32,000 bases of DNA from Opitutales bacterium. GTDB lineage: Bacteria; Verrucomicrobiota; Verrucomicrobiia; Opitutales; Coraliomargaritaceae. The DNA is taken from positions 78,356-110,355 of the forward strand of contig JBMYVL010000009.1 in NCBI GenBank assembly GCA_049606355.1, given 5' to 3'. Made by a program: the position numbers and the translations under genes. Below are positions 19,567 through 29,176 of this stretch, piece after piece (position 1 is the stretch's first letter; each line of letters begins with the position of its first letter). The notes under the pieces were generated by a model, which saw only the letters and a program-made list of their open reading frames with translations, made no database searches and was not told where the DNA came from.

Positions 19567-22518
19567 ATGTCTATTTTAACTGCTTCTTATAAATCCTTAG
19601 TCGGTTCCGGCTGTCTCAGCTTCGTCGCTGCATCGCTCTGTGCTGGATTCATGCACATCCAACTTTCGGCAGCTGAAAGTCTAATTTTGACAGTTTCGGA
19701 TGCGCCCTCAGACGAAACGGAGGTTTCAGCAAATACCGAAACCGAGCCTACCTTCGTATTACCTAGTGCGGATGCAAGCACTCAAAGTGCTGCCACGACT
19801 GCACCAGGTGGCAGTTTTGATGACGAGGTCTTTGTACTTGAAGATTTTGCAGTCACCAGTGAGCGAGATCGAGGTTACTACTCGGCCAATTCACTGGCCG
19901 GATCACGTACCAATCAGGCGATTAAGGATACGCCGATGACAATTAGCGTGGTGAATCGGGAACTCATTGACGATTTGAAATTGGACGATGTGGATAGCCT
20001 GGAGCAAGTGGTTGCCAGTGCGCAAGCGGAAGGTGAGGACTATAGTAACAATGCATTGCGCTTTCGAGGATTGTTGACCCGCTCGCAGCTCTTTGAGTTC
20101 ATGCCACGCCTCGGCAGTCAGAAGGGTTATAATGTGGCGCGTGCGGAGGTGATTCGTGGGGCGAATACACTCGTTTATGGTCAGGCATCACCCGGCGGTA
20201 AGGTTAATTTTTTAGCAAAGCGAGCAGAGTTCGGCGATGATATTGCGCGGTTTGGGCATCAGTTCGGGACGCAGGATTTGTTTAAAGTCAATTTTGATAT
20301 CAACAAAGTCGTGAGTGATTCCCTCGCAGTCAGAGTTCTCGGCCTTGATCAAACGCGTGGTGGGGATCGTGCGTATCAGGAAAACACTTATGAAGGCGCG
20401 ACGCTTGCGGTGAGCTATCGTCCGTCGAGAAAGACGAGTTTTGGTTTTCATGCGGAAGTTTATGAAGAGTTCCGCAACAGCCCACCGGGGATGTACAGGG
20501 ATCAAAGCGGAGAGTATGGACTGACTGGGATCTATCGGAACCTACCGGCCACCCCGGATGTGGTCGACTACCTCTCGGATGCGGCGATGCAGCAGATTAT
20601 TGATTACGATCCTACCTATTATAAAGATGGAAATACCATCAAAGAGCACGAGACTCCTCAATTAAATATCCAGAGCCGCGAGGATTTGAAGGCCTTCTAT
20701 GGCACAATCACTCCGGATAATGTGGGAACCGTTACCGGCGGTGATCCCGAATTCAACCGTGAAGGGCAGTTTTTCCTCGGGGATGTGACGCATCAATTTA
20801 CAGATGCGTTGGCATTGAAGGTGGCCTTGGCGCACGAGGAAGTTGAGGTGGCCCGACACACGCGCATTGGAGCCACCAATCTTCGACTGTCCTCGCGTAA
20901 TAAGACCGTGCGTCCGGCTGCTGAAGAGCCCAATGAGGACCTCTATTACGATGGAAGTGATCCTGCGACCATGCCCTCACCATATGTGGTCATGGGCTGG
21001 GAAGCGAGTTCTACGAGTGACAAGTCCGATACCCTGCGCTCGACCCTATCCTGGGATAAAGAAGTTTTTGGATCCAAGCAGCGCATTCTGCTGGGCTTGG
21101 ATTACAACCGGCGTGAAGCGACTGAACGCCTTGAGCGCTTGGTCAAGGACAGCGCGACGCGGATTCCGGATGATGATGAGGATCAGGATCCTTCGGATGA
21201 TCGTTGGCTAACCCGCGATCAACTTTTTGACTATATACTTTTAAATGATTTCAACGGAGGTGATCTCAGTGGGATAGGGTTCAATTATCAGCAAGATTTC
21301 AGCAACAATTTTAATGAGTCTGCGAATATCTCAAGTATAGGCGTAGGAGGTGAACAACAAACGGGAAGTCGATATTTTCCTTATCGGGATCGTGATTCCA
21401 GCGTGGATACGCGGGCGATTTGGCTGGCAGCACAGGGCAATTATATGCGGGGCCGTCTGAACACACTCTTTGGTGTGCGCTTGGATCGGATCCACCTAAA
21501 AGCTGTCGGTCGACAAATTGCGGCAGGGACGGGCTCAGATGTCGATGAAATATATAACGAAACCAGTCCCACACTGGGTGCGTTGTTTTGGTTGAATCAA
21601 AACATCGGCGTGTTTGCGAACTATGCTCAATCCATCGAATCGCCGACCGGTTGGCAATTGAATCCGACGGGTGATACGATCCCGGCTGAACTGGGGACGG
21701 GCGTTGAAGTGGGTACAAAGTTCGAGTTTTTAGACGGCGCCCTCAGTGGCCAGTTGACCTTCTTTCAGATTGATAAAGAGAATGACAACCTGACACGCTA
21801 TTCGAAGCAACAATTAGAGCGGCTGTACCCAGAGGAGGCTTTCCCTGAGATATGGGGACCCAGTGATTGGAATCCTAATGTGAATTCATTTAAACCGATC
21901 GGTACGAATATCGGGGGCATCGTCACCCGAAGTGAGGGGGTTGAATTCGACCTGTATTACAATCCGAGTCGGGAGCTATCCTTTTTCTTAGGTTATGCCT
22001 ATGCAGATGCCTTTTTTCAGAGCGGGCCTGAAGATGCCCTTGGCAACAGCTTGATAGAATATGGGGATCGCATCCCGGGGACCGCGCACCATTCTGCCAA
22101 CCTCACTGTGCGCTATTCGATCAGGGATGGTAAATTGAAGGGCTGGTTTGCCGGTACCAACTTGAAGTATCGGTCGAAGTCTTATTATGATGAGCTCTAT
22201 GCGGACGTGGGTACGGATGGTGCAGGCGCGAAGATATATGATGGCAAGGCAGACATAGTGCCCTTGGTGAATGTTAATGGAGAACCGCATATCGAAGGTG
22301 AGACAAAGAGCTATGAATTGTGGTTGAGCGATAGCTTCACAACCAAGGCATTCGTTGGTTGGGGCGGTAAGTTTAAAAAGGGCAGAGACGTCCCGTATTT
22401 TCGCTTCCAACTGACCGTTAACAATGTCTTTGATGCACGCGATCTCATTGCGACCGGCCGTAATGCGCGATATACTCCGGGTCGCAGCGCCAGTTTCAGT
22501 GCCTCGATTAAGTTCTAA
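19567..22518 (+). CDS. TonB-dependent outer-membrane receptor
   Basis: 983 aa. Signal peptide, TonB-box-like VFVLEDFAVTS, plug motifs DTPMTISVVNRELIDD and VEVIRGANTLVYGQASPGGKVNF, a long beta-barrel region, and a C-terminal aromatic end ...SFSASIKF. Confidence 0.92.
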   Translation: MSILTASYKSLVGSGCLSFVAASLCAGFMHIQLSAAESLILTVSDAPSDETEVSANTETEPTFVLPSADASTQSAATTAPGGSFDDEVFVLEDFAVTSERDRGYYSANSLAGSRTNQAIKDTPMTISVVNRELIDDLKLDDVDSLEQVVASAQAEGEDYSNNALRFRGLLTRSQLFEFMPRLGSQKGYNVARAEVIRGANTLVYGQASPGGKVNFLAKRAEFGDDIARFGHQFGTQDLFKVNFDINKVVSDSLAVRVLGLDQTRGGDRAYQENTYEGATLAVSYRPSRKTSFGFHAEVYEEFRNSPPGMYRDQSGEYGLTGIYRNLPATPDVVDYLSDAAMQQIIDYDPTYYKDGNTIKEHETPQLNIQSREDLKAFYGTITPDNVGTVTGGDPEFNREGQFFLGDVTHQFTDALALKVALAHEEVEVARHTRIGATNLRLSSRNKTVRPAAEEPNEDLYYDGSDPATMPSPYVVMGWEASSTSDKSDTLRSTLSWDKEVFGSKQRILLGLDYNRREATERLERLVKDSATRIPDDDEDQDPSDDRWLTRDQLFDYILLNDFNGGDLSGIGFNYQQDFSNNFNESANISSIGVGGEQQTGSRYFPYRDRDSSVDTRAIWLAAQGNYMRGRLNTLFGVRLDRIHLKAVGRQIAAGTGSDVDEIYNETSPTLGALFWLNQNIGVFANYAQSIESPTGWQLNPTGDTIPAELGTGVEVGTKFEFLDGALSGQLTFFQIDKENDNLTRYSKQQLERLYPEEAFPEIWGPSDWNPNVNSFKPIGTNIGGIVTRSEGVEFDLYYNPSRELSFFLGYAYADAFFQSGPEDALGNSLIEYGDRIPGTAHHSANLTVRYSIRDGKLKGWFAGTNLKYRSKSYYDELYADVGTDGAGAKIYDGKADIVPLVNVNGEPHIEGETKSYELWLSDSFTTKAFVGWGGKFKKGRDVPYFRFQLTVNNVFDARDLIATGRNARYTPGRSASFSASIKF

Positions 22519-22722
22519 GTGGGTCTGTGGGGCTTAATTGCCCAGGATCTGGAATTGACATCACTGCAGGGGCACGCCTGCACTTGCAGGGTCTGTAGTT
22601 ACGGGATCCTCAGCTAATGCCGCTTCGAGTGCTCCGGTGCCACCAATGCTTGTGGCAGCTTTGCCACCGAGCTGAAACGATCTTTACCGGCAGGCGTCAG
22701 TACTCCTTGTCGGGGTGGCACT

Positions 22723-23349
22723 TTATGTGGAACTTGCTTTGGCTCGTGCGTCTCGAACTTGAGTGGTGATGGTGCTCCAGTCTTTGGCGGCAATCTGTGC
22801 CTTGGTGGCGAGCCAGGAGCCTCCAATTGCGAAGACTTCAGGAATAGAGAGGTAGTCATTCATATTGTCCAGTGAGACCCCCCCAGTCGGGCAGAACTGT
22901 ACGCCCAGATTCGCATAGGGGGCTGCCATTGCTTTCAGTCGTTTGGGCCCACCGGCGGCACCCGCAGGGAAGAACTTAAGGTGCTGGCAACCGGCTTTGA
23001 CAGCAGTTTGTATATCGCTCGGTGTCATGATACCGGGAATGAAAGGCAGGTTACGCTGCTTAAAGTAGGCAATCGTTTCCGGATCGGTGCCCGGTGCGAG
23101 TCCGAACTGACTCCCTGAGTCGATGGCGAGCTTAGCCTGCTCTGGGGTGACGACCGTGCCAGCGCCGACGAGCATCTCGGGGAATTCGCTGGCAATGGCT
23201 TCAATCGCAGCTGCTGCTGCTGCAGTGCGAAGGGTGACTTCGATAATCTTTAGGCCGCCTTCGAGCAGTGCATTGGCAAGTGGTCTGGCATCCGCAAGGT
23301 CTTCAATGACGATGACCGGAATGACTGGGAATTGGTCGAATTGTGACAT
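22723..23349 (-). CDS. eda: 2-dehydro-3-deoxy-phosphogluconate / 4-hydroxy-2-oxoglutarate aldolase
   Basis: IEVTLRT, GAGTV, PGIMTPSD, and LKFFPA (Schiff-base Lys). The longest ORF starts at TTG 23367; ATG 23349 (MSQFDQFPVIPVIV...) is preferred. Confidence 0.88.
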   Translation of the reverse strand: MSQFDQFPVIPVIVIEDLADARPLANALLEGGLKIIEVTLRTAAAAAAIEAIASEFPEMLVGAGTVVTPEQAKLAIDSGSQFGLAPGTDPETIAYFKQRNLPFIPGIMTPSDIQTAVKAGCQHLKFFPAGAAGGPKRLKAMAAPYANLGVQFCPTGGVSLDNMNDYLSIPEVFAIGGSWLATKAQIAAKDWSTITTQVRDARAKASST

Positions 23350-23378
23350 CGATGCAAGGGGTAACAATGAGTAGGGAC

Positions 23379-24476
23379 TTAGCGGTCGACGCGAGCGCCA
23401 CCGCCGCTTTTGACCTTTTTGATTTCCTTCAGCGATGTCATGGTCGTGTCGCCTGGGGTGGTCATCGCAAGTGCGCCGTGCACACAGCCGTAGTCAACTG
23501 CTTCTTGTGGGTCATTTTCGGTCAGAAAGCCATAGATCAGGCCGGAGGCAAAACTGTCGCCACCTCCCACGCGGTCGAGGATTTCAAGGGCTGGGAATTT
23601 AAGCGACTCATAGAATTTGCCTTCGTGCCAGACAATCGCGGACCAGTCATTGACTGTTGCGGTCTGTACGCCACGCAGCGTGGTGGCGGTTGCCTGAAAG
23701 TTGGGGAACTCCTGAGTCGCGGTCTCGATCATTTTTTTGAAAGCCTCGACTGGGATGTGAGAAATGGTTGCGTCCACTCCTTCGACCTCGAAGCCGAGGC
23801 AGGCGGTAAAGTCTTCTTCGTTGCCGATCATGACGTCGACATACTTGGCAATCTCGCGGTTTACTAGCTGGCACTGATCGAGTCCGCCGAAATCCTTCCA
23901 CAACGACGGGCGGTAGTTCAGGTCGTAGCTAACGATGGTGCCGTGTTTCTTCGCGCATCTGACTGCTTCGAGGACGACTTCGGGAGTGCTTGCACTCAGT
24001 GCCGCATAGATGCCACCAGTGTGGAACCACTGCACGCCGTATGTGCCGAAGATTTCCTCCCAGTCGATATCGCTCGGCTTGAGTTGGCTCGCTGCGGTGT
24101 GGCCACGATCCGGACAACCCAGAGCACCACGAATCCCGAAACCGCGCTCGGTGAAGTTTAAGCCGTTTCGCACTTCACGACCGATACCATCGTAGTCCAC
24201 CCATTTGATGAATCGCGTATCGACGCCGCCCTGGAGGATAAAGTCTTCGACCAGACGACCTACGGGATTATCTGCGAATGCGGTGACCACTGCGCTCTTC
24301 AGGCCAAAGCAACGGCGTAGGCCCCGCGCGACATTATACTCGCCGCCACCTTCCCATGCGGTGAATTGCCGGGTGGTATGGATGCGTCCTTCACCTGGGT
24401 CGAGGCGCAGCATAACTTCGCCAAGGGAGAGACAGGCGTATTCGCAGGATTCGGCGGACTTGATTTGGATAGCCAT
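23379..24476 (-). CDS. kdgK: PfkB-family sugar kinase, 2-dehydro-3-deoxygluconokinase-like
   Basis: 365 aa. PfkB C-terminal signature GGGDSFASGLIYG. It lies immediately upstream of eda on the same strand with a 29-nt gap. Confidence 0.78.
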   Translation of the reverse strand: MAIQIKSAESCEYACLSLGEVMLRLDPGEGRIHTTRQFTAWEGGGEYNVARGLRRCFGLKSAVVTAFADNPVGRLVEDFILQGGVDTRFIKWVDYDGIGREVRNGLNFTERGFGIRGALGCPDRGHTAASQLKPSDIDWEEIFGTYGVQWFHTGGIYAALSASTPEVVLEAVRCAKKHGTIVSYDLNYRPSLWKDFGGLDQCQLVNREIAKYVDVMIGNEEDFTACLGFEVEGVDATISHIPVEAFKKMIETATQEFPNFQATATTLRGVQTATVNDWSAIVWHEGKFYESLKFPALEILDRVGGGDSFASGLIYGFLTENDPQEAVDYGCVHGALAMTTPGDTTMTSLKEIKKVKSGGGARVDR

Positions 24477-24581
24477 GGTGTAAGCGGAAATTGAATGTGT
24501 TGAGTGGCGCAGTCTGCCATTGGATGCATCGATGCGGGCGTAGTCGTGTGGGAGCCTAGCAAGTTTTGCCGGGGATTATAA

Positions 24582-25724
24582 TTGCATAGTGAGAGAATTT
24601 TTTGCAGAAATGCGCAAGTGTCCCCAGCGAAACATGTATTAATGGTCCTCGGTAGTTATGATCAGTCGGCACATGAGGGCATTGCGCGTTATGCAAGTCG
24701 GCATGGTTGGCACTTGAATCTCAGTATTCTGAAAGACTTCCAGCTACCGGAGCATTGGCAGGGCGATGGCATCATTACCTCGCTTAATAACAGTACCGCC
24801 CTTGAACACTTCGTACGCAATGCCGCCGTGCCAGTGGTGGATCTATCCATTTGGCGTGATGATATACAGTTGCCACGCGTAGCAGCTGATAATGCAGCGA
24901 TTGGTCGTCTGGGTGCTGAGCACTTTCTGGAAACCGGTCACCGGCATTGTGCCTGGTTTGCGCTGGCCAGTAATCCAGTCAGTCGAGCGCGTTATGAGGC
25001 TTATCGGGATACTTTAGCTGCGGCTGGTGTGGGCTGTATTCGCTTAGACCGTACGCGCCCTCAGGATGCTGCCTTTATTACCGACTTGCTGCTGAAACTT
25101 CCCAAACCCTGTGCGATTTATAGCAAGAGTGACTATGACACCGCTTGGGTCTTAAACCTATGTCTCAGCGCCGGCCTACGTGTTCCCGACGATGTGGCCC
25201 TTCTGGGTGCCGATGATAATGCTCTGATTTGCGAAAATCAGATCGTACCGCTCTCCAGTGTAAGGCATGATTTGGAGACGATTGGTTATGAGGGAGCTGC
25301 GATGCTCGATGCATTAATGCACGGTGAAACGCTCACTGAGCAACTTCGGTTGATTCCACCTAAGGGAATACGTATACGCCAAAGCACGGATACACTCGCC
25401 GTATCCGATCCGATCATTGCTGAATTAGTAAGGTATTTGCAAAACAACTACCGACAAGTCCTCAGCGCCGACGCCCTGGCGGATCAGTGCAAATGTAGCC
25501 GTCGCAGTCTGGAAATGCGCTTCCGGCTGCAAATGCACTGTAGTATTCGCGAGCACTTGATTCGTATCCGTATTGCTGAAGCAAAGCGCTTACTTGTCAG
25601 TAGCGATGAATCGATTGAGACCGTGGCGGCATTGACGGGCTTTTGCCATGCGCCGCATTTCAGTAACACCTTCAAGCGGCGGATGGGCAGTTCTCCAACC
25701 CAGTATCGTCGTATGCACTCCTGA
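24582..25724 (+). CDS. Hybrid transcriptional regulator: LacI/periplasmic-binding-type sugar sensor plus C-terminal AraC-type HTH (XylR-like)
   Basis: N-terminal part VLMVLGSYDQSAHEGIARYASRHGW... fits a PBP-type fold. The C-terminus LTGFCHAPHFSNTFKRRMGSSPTQYR is an AraC HTH. The start is uncertain: TTG 24582, GTG 24618 or ATG 24642. Confidence 0.8.
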   Translation: MHSERIFCRNAQVSPAKHVLMVLGSYDQSAHEGIARYASRHGWHLNLSILKDFQLPEHWQGDGIITSLNNSTALEHFVRNAAVPVVDLSIWRDDIQLPRVAADNAAIGRLGAEHFLETGHRHCAWFALASNPVSRARYEAYRDTLAAAGVGCIRLDRTRPQDAAFITDLLLKLPKPCAIYSKSDYDTAWVLNLCLSAGLRVPDDVALLGADDNALICENQIVPLSSVRHDLETIGYEGAAMLDALMHGETLTEQLRLIPPKGIRIRQSTDTLAVSDPIIAELVRYLQNNYRQVLSADALADQCKCSRRSLEMRFRLQMHCSIREHLIRIRIAEAKRLLVSSDESIETVAALTGFCHAPHFSNTFKRRMGSSPTQYRRMHS

Positions 25725-25922
25725 TGCTGGCAGTACCGCTCGGGCGGCGGCCTAGCATGGGGTTAGGGCACCTGCGCTGTGCTCAAACAAATAATACGCC
25801 CACTGGAGGTGCTGTAGGCGTTTGTAGATCGGGTGGGGCGCTCCGCCCGTTTGGGTCGATTGTGTCGCTATGGTTTTGTAAGCTTATCCACTGGGTGTGT
25901 GGCGAAGTGAATTCGTAAAGCA

Positions 25923-25952
25923 TTGGCATAAAAGTTATTACAGATTTATAAT
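25923..25952 (+). promoter_or_regulatory. Candidate sigma70-type promoter for the GH2-like/sulfatase operon
   Basis: TTGGCA (25923-25928), an 18-nt spacer, then a perfect TATAAT (25947-25952), within a 386-nt non-coding gap. This would leave a long leader before 26111 or 26180. Confidence 0.3.
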
Positions 25953-26110
25953 GACTAGTTTGACACATGGCTGCCGCAGCGAGAATCGTTTGGTCCTTGC
26001 GCAATTATGCTGAATTTAAAATGTGGCTTTCGTGGACGATCGCAGCCGTTGGGTTATACTAATCAATTTCAAAGCGAGTCGTCGCCCTTCCTGCACTTAC
26101 CCCATGTTTC

Positions 26111-29100
26111 GTGAGTACCGTTACGGATTCAACCAGGTGTCTCTGTAGGTTTTCGGCTGTGGTGGCGGCAGTACCCGAAATGCTTCAATCAAAACATATC
26201 TCCGCGACGATTCAAACCAGTGCAGCGCCCGCTTCGGTTCAACTAGGGGGGCAATGGCTCACTAAAGACGCAACTGGTAGTTATGACGTGCCAGTAAAGG
26301 TGCCTGGGGTTATCAATGATCCTGCACACATCGACGAGGGGGCAGTTTGGCTGAAACGGCAGCTCACCCTGCCGGAAGGGGATTGGGAGACGGTGAGTCT
26401 TCTATTTAAGGGTGCACGTTATAATCCGGCAGTCTACATCAACGGCGATCGCGTTTCGTTTCGCGAGGGGGGCATGGGTCCCCGCACGCATTATTTGAAA
26501 CATGCCGATCTAAGTCCGGGAAATACCATTACGCTCGAGGTCGAACTCATGTCGCTTGCAGACATGTCTGAAGACAACGCATCCTACACGCCGATTGCGG
26601 ATCACTGGCGCACGAGTGTTTCAGCTTATCTGTGGGACGATGTAGTGCTTCACTTTCACAAGGGCGCCGCAATTGATCGTATGATCCCGTTTACGGATAT
26701 TCACAAAGACCGCGTTGATTTTCACGTGTATGTGAAAGCGCTTCTGGATGATGTGCAAGGAGACCATATCACCGCGCGCCTCTCGCTGAATGGTGAGCTC
26801 AAAGCAGAGGGCTCGATCGCGCTAAATACAGGTGAGCTCATGGCGGTCGTTCCTGTTGAATTCAATGGAGCGATTCAGCTTTGGAGCCCGGATTGCCCGA
26901 ATCTGTATGAGCTCGAGGTTGACCTGATTTCAAACAACGAAGTGATCGATCGTCGCAGTTATCCTTATGGTGCTAAAGAGCTTAAGCTCGATGCGAGTGG
27001 CAAGCAGTTTATCCTCAATGGAGAGCCCTTCCGGATGCGGGGAAACACGGTCGTATGGCCGCGCTGGGTGCGTAATCGTGAAGGGTACAACCTGGCCTGG
27101 GATGAGGCGTGGTTCGAGAAAAATATTATTCTACGTTCCAAGGATTTGGGTGTTAACACGCTACGCTTCCACTTGGGCAATCCTCCCGAGCGCTACATTG
27201 AGTTATGTAATGAGCATGGGCTGTTGGTGCAGTATGAATGGAGTTTTTTTCACGGTCTGCCAGCAACGGTAGAGAGTCTGCTGGATCAGTGGCCGGATTG
27301 GTTCGATCTGGGGGTGCGGCATCCGAGTGTGGGTCTTTTTCACCCGTATAACGAAACCAATCCAGAGTGGCTCCCTCCGGCTTGGACTGCGATTGATCAG
27401 ATCATCGAGAACTACCCGCCGCTCCTGATTGCCGACCGCGAGGTCATTCATGTGCATAAATACTGGTGGAGCCTATTTGAAAATTTGGGCCTGTATTATG
27501 ATTCCTACCAGCAATTCCCCACCGCAATCATGGTCGATGAATTCGGTGGTAACTATCTCGATGGCAACTACGAGTATGGCGGTTACAAGACCGTTGACGA
27601 CACATTCCAGCGCTTCCTGGGGCGCGATGCAACCATCGAACGGCGCATTCAGCACCATATTCAGGCGAATACAAAAGTCGGTGAATATTGGCGCCGTATT
27701 GGAGCGGCTGGCTATTCCCCCTTCTGTGCCTTGGGTAGCCACGAGGATGGCAGTCACTGGTTCGAAGGCGACTTGAAGGTCGGTAAGCCAAAGCCTGTCT
27801 GGGAAGCGCTTGCAGTTATTTGGTCACCTTTGGCGGCGAGTATCGATCTTTGGGATCAGAATTTCACACCGGGGCAGGTGCTCGATGTGCCCATCCACTT
27901 CATGAATGATACGCCTAAGGCCGTTGACATGGAAGTGCTCCTGACAATTGAAGCTGGCGATGCTCCACGCTACAAAGAAGTGGTTCGCCGGCGTGTACCT
28001 GCATTCGCACAGTTTGTTGAAGTTTGCACAGTCACTTTGCCGACCGTAGTCGGGGAGTATTGGATCAAAGCGACCCTGCTTAATGAGCAAGAAGCGGTGA
28101 AGCACCCGGTGGTCTCTGCCTGGGACTTCCGTATCCTGAACATCCAGCAACCCGCGGCGACCCAGGACGTAGTCCTTGGCATCCCCGAGTATGAAGCGGA
28201 GTTGTTCGCATTCGCTAAGGCGCAAAGCCTCAATACAGTCACTCCGGAGTCAGGGGAGGACTACGATCTACTAATGCTCTCGAGAGAGTCATGGAGCAAA
28301 CTTGAAGAGGGCGATGAGGTGATCAAGGGATACATTGGTGGGGCTGTCGACCAGGGGCGTTCAGTCTTGCTTCTGGAAGTCGGTCCCCAGTCGCTGGGCC
28401 AAGGTTATCCTCAGGACGCAGGCGCCCTCGGACCGCTCCAAGAGGTCACGCGAATCTACGAGCAAAAGAATACCAAAACCCACGTGTTCGGCAATGTATC
28501 GATACAATTTGGACAAGCGGCTGAGCCGGAGAGTCACCTGCATGCGCACCCGGAAAACGCTGCGCTCTGGAACCATCTCACCCAGGATGACGTCTGGCTC
28601 TGGAATGGATATCGCGGTGGTCTGATTGTCCCTGCAGACCACATGGAGGTATTGGGCCTCAGCCGGGAAGGCTTCGTCCGCCTTTGGGCAGAACGGGGGG
28701 CAAGTCCCCAACAGATTCTCGAAAACAATGATTATACCGCGTATTCATTGGAGGGCTACTATGCCTTTTCCGAGGAACCTCAGGCTAACGAAGCTGAGGT
28801 GATTCAAGGCCTGCGTGACCATATCAAATTCATTCAGGATGATGCGCCAGCCCTAGCTGCCAGCCTTGACCCAGGCGCGCCGGTCGAGATCTTCAAGCTG
28901 AACCAGGAACATACAAAGTTAAGCGACGTTTCGGACCGCAGTCTCTCAGTTACGCCCCTTGCAGTCGCGGGAAAGGGATTGAGGAAAAAACCGGTAATCC
29001 TGATAGACTTCGAGAATAGTCCCAGCCGGATATTAACCTCGCAACTACTGACCTCTGGTCGTTTGGCTGACGGCTTTGGCAGTGAGGGCGCCTATGGAGT

Positions 29101-29176
29101 CCGTTATGATCCTGCAGCCGTACAAATGGTCCTCAATATGATTGATCTGCTCACCCAGTCGGAAGTGCAACAATGA
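26111..29176 (+). CDS. Large glycoside hydrolase, GH2-like (clan GH-A) with an extended C-terminal region
   Basis: N-terminal sugar-binding-type beta-sandwich (AVWLKRQLTLPEGDW...LLFKGARYNPAVYINGD), PNLYELEV, and FILNGEPFRMRGNT. TIM-barrel cues are NTLRFH, NEHGLLVQYEW, a candidate acid/base in FHPYNE and a candidate nucleophile in VDEFGG. GTG start at 26111 with an alternative ATG at 26180. No evident signal peptide. Confidence 0.68.
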   Translation: MSTVTDSTRCLCRFSAVVAAVPEMLQSKHISATIQTSAAPASVQLGGQWLTKDATGSYDVPVKVPGVINDPAHIDEGAVWLKRQLTLPEGDWETVSLLFKGARYNPAVYINGDRVSFREGGMGPRTHYLKHADLSPGNTITLEVELMSLADMSEDNASYTPIADHWRTSVSAYLWDDVVLHFHKGAAIDRMIPFTDIHKDRVDFHVYVKALLDDVQGDHITARLSLNGELKAEGSIALNTGELMAVVPVEFNGAIQLWSPDCPNLYELEVDLISNNEVIDRRSYPYGAKELKLDASGKQFILNGEPFRMRGNTVVWPRWVRNREGYNLAWDEAWFEKNIILRSKDLGVNTLRFHLGNPPERYIELCNEHGLLVQYEWSFFHGLPATVESLLDQWPDWFDLGVRHPSVGLFHPYNETNPEWLPPAWTAIDQIIENYPPLLIADREVIHVHKYWWSLFENLGLYYDSYQQFPTAIMVDEFGGNYLDGNYEYGGYKTVDDTFQRFLGRDATIERRIQHHIQANTKVGEYWRRIGAAGYSPFCALGSHEDGSHWFEGDLKVGKPKPVWEALAVIWSPLAASIDLWDQNFTPGQVLDVPIHFMNDTPKAVDMEVLLTIEAGDAPRYKEVVRRRVPAFAQFVEVCTVTLPTVVGEYWIKATLLNEQEAVKHPVVSAWDFRILNIQQPAATQDVVLGIPEYEAELFAFAKAQSLNTVTPESGEDYDLLMLSRESWSKLEEGDEVIKGYIGGAVDQGRSVLLLEVGPQSLGQGYPQDAGALGPLQEVTRIYEQKNTKTHVFGNVSIQFGQAAEPESHLHAHPENAALWNHLTQDDVWLWNGYRGGLIVPADHMEVLGLSREGFVRLWAERGASPQQILENNDYTAYSLEGYYAFSEEPQANEAEVIQGLRDHIKFIQDDAPALAASLDPGAPVEIFKLNQEHTKLSDVSDRSLSVTPLAVAGKGLRKKPVILIDFENSPSRILTSQLLTSGRLADGFGSEGAYGVRYDPAAVQMVLNMIDLLTQSEVQQ

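Noticed and set aside
19382-19579. 65-aa ORF between the tRNA-like remnant and the TonB-dependent receptor.
   Set aside because: It starts inside the 19384-19413 hairpin at a non-ATG codon, has no motif, and overlaps the receptor start. It is more plausibly a promoter or leader region.
22706-22714. The 9-mer cttgtcggg matches part of the palindrome in the tRNA-like remnant (19308-19316). It could have been a distal att-like repeat bracketing the receptor gene.
   Set aside because: Identity does not extend beyond 9 nt on either side. A single 9-mer match in 32 kb on two strands is within chance expectation.
22614-22859. 81-aa ORF overlapping the 3' end of eda and the convergent intergenic region.
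   Set aside because: Pro/Ser/Lys-rich low-complexity translation that overlaps a well-supported gene.
25724-26004. ORFs 25724-25918(+) and 25783-26004(-) in the 386-nt gap before the GH2-like gene.
   Set aside because: No recognisable motifs and mutually overlapping. The region contains promoter-like elements and is treated as non-coding. I cannot exclude a small RNA here.
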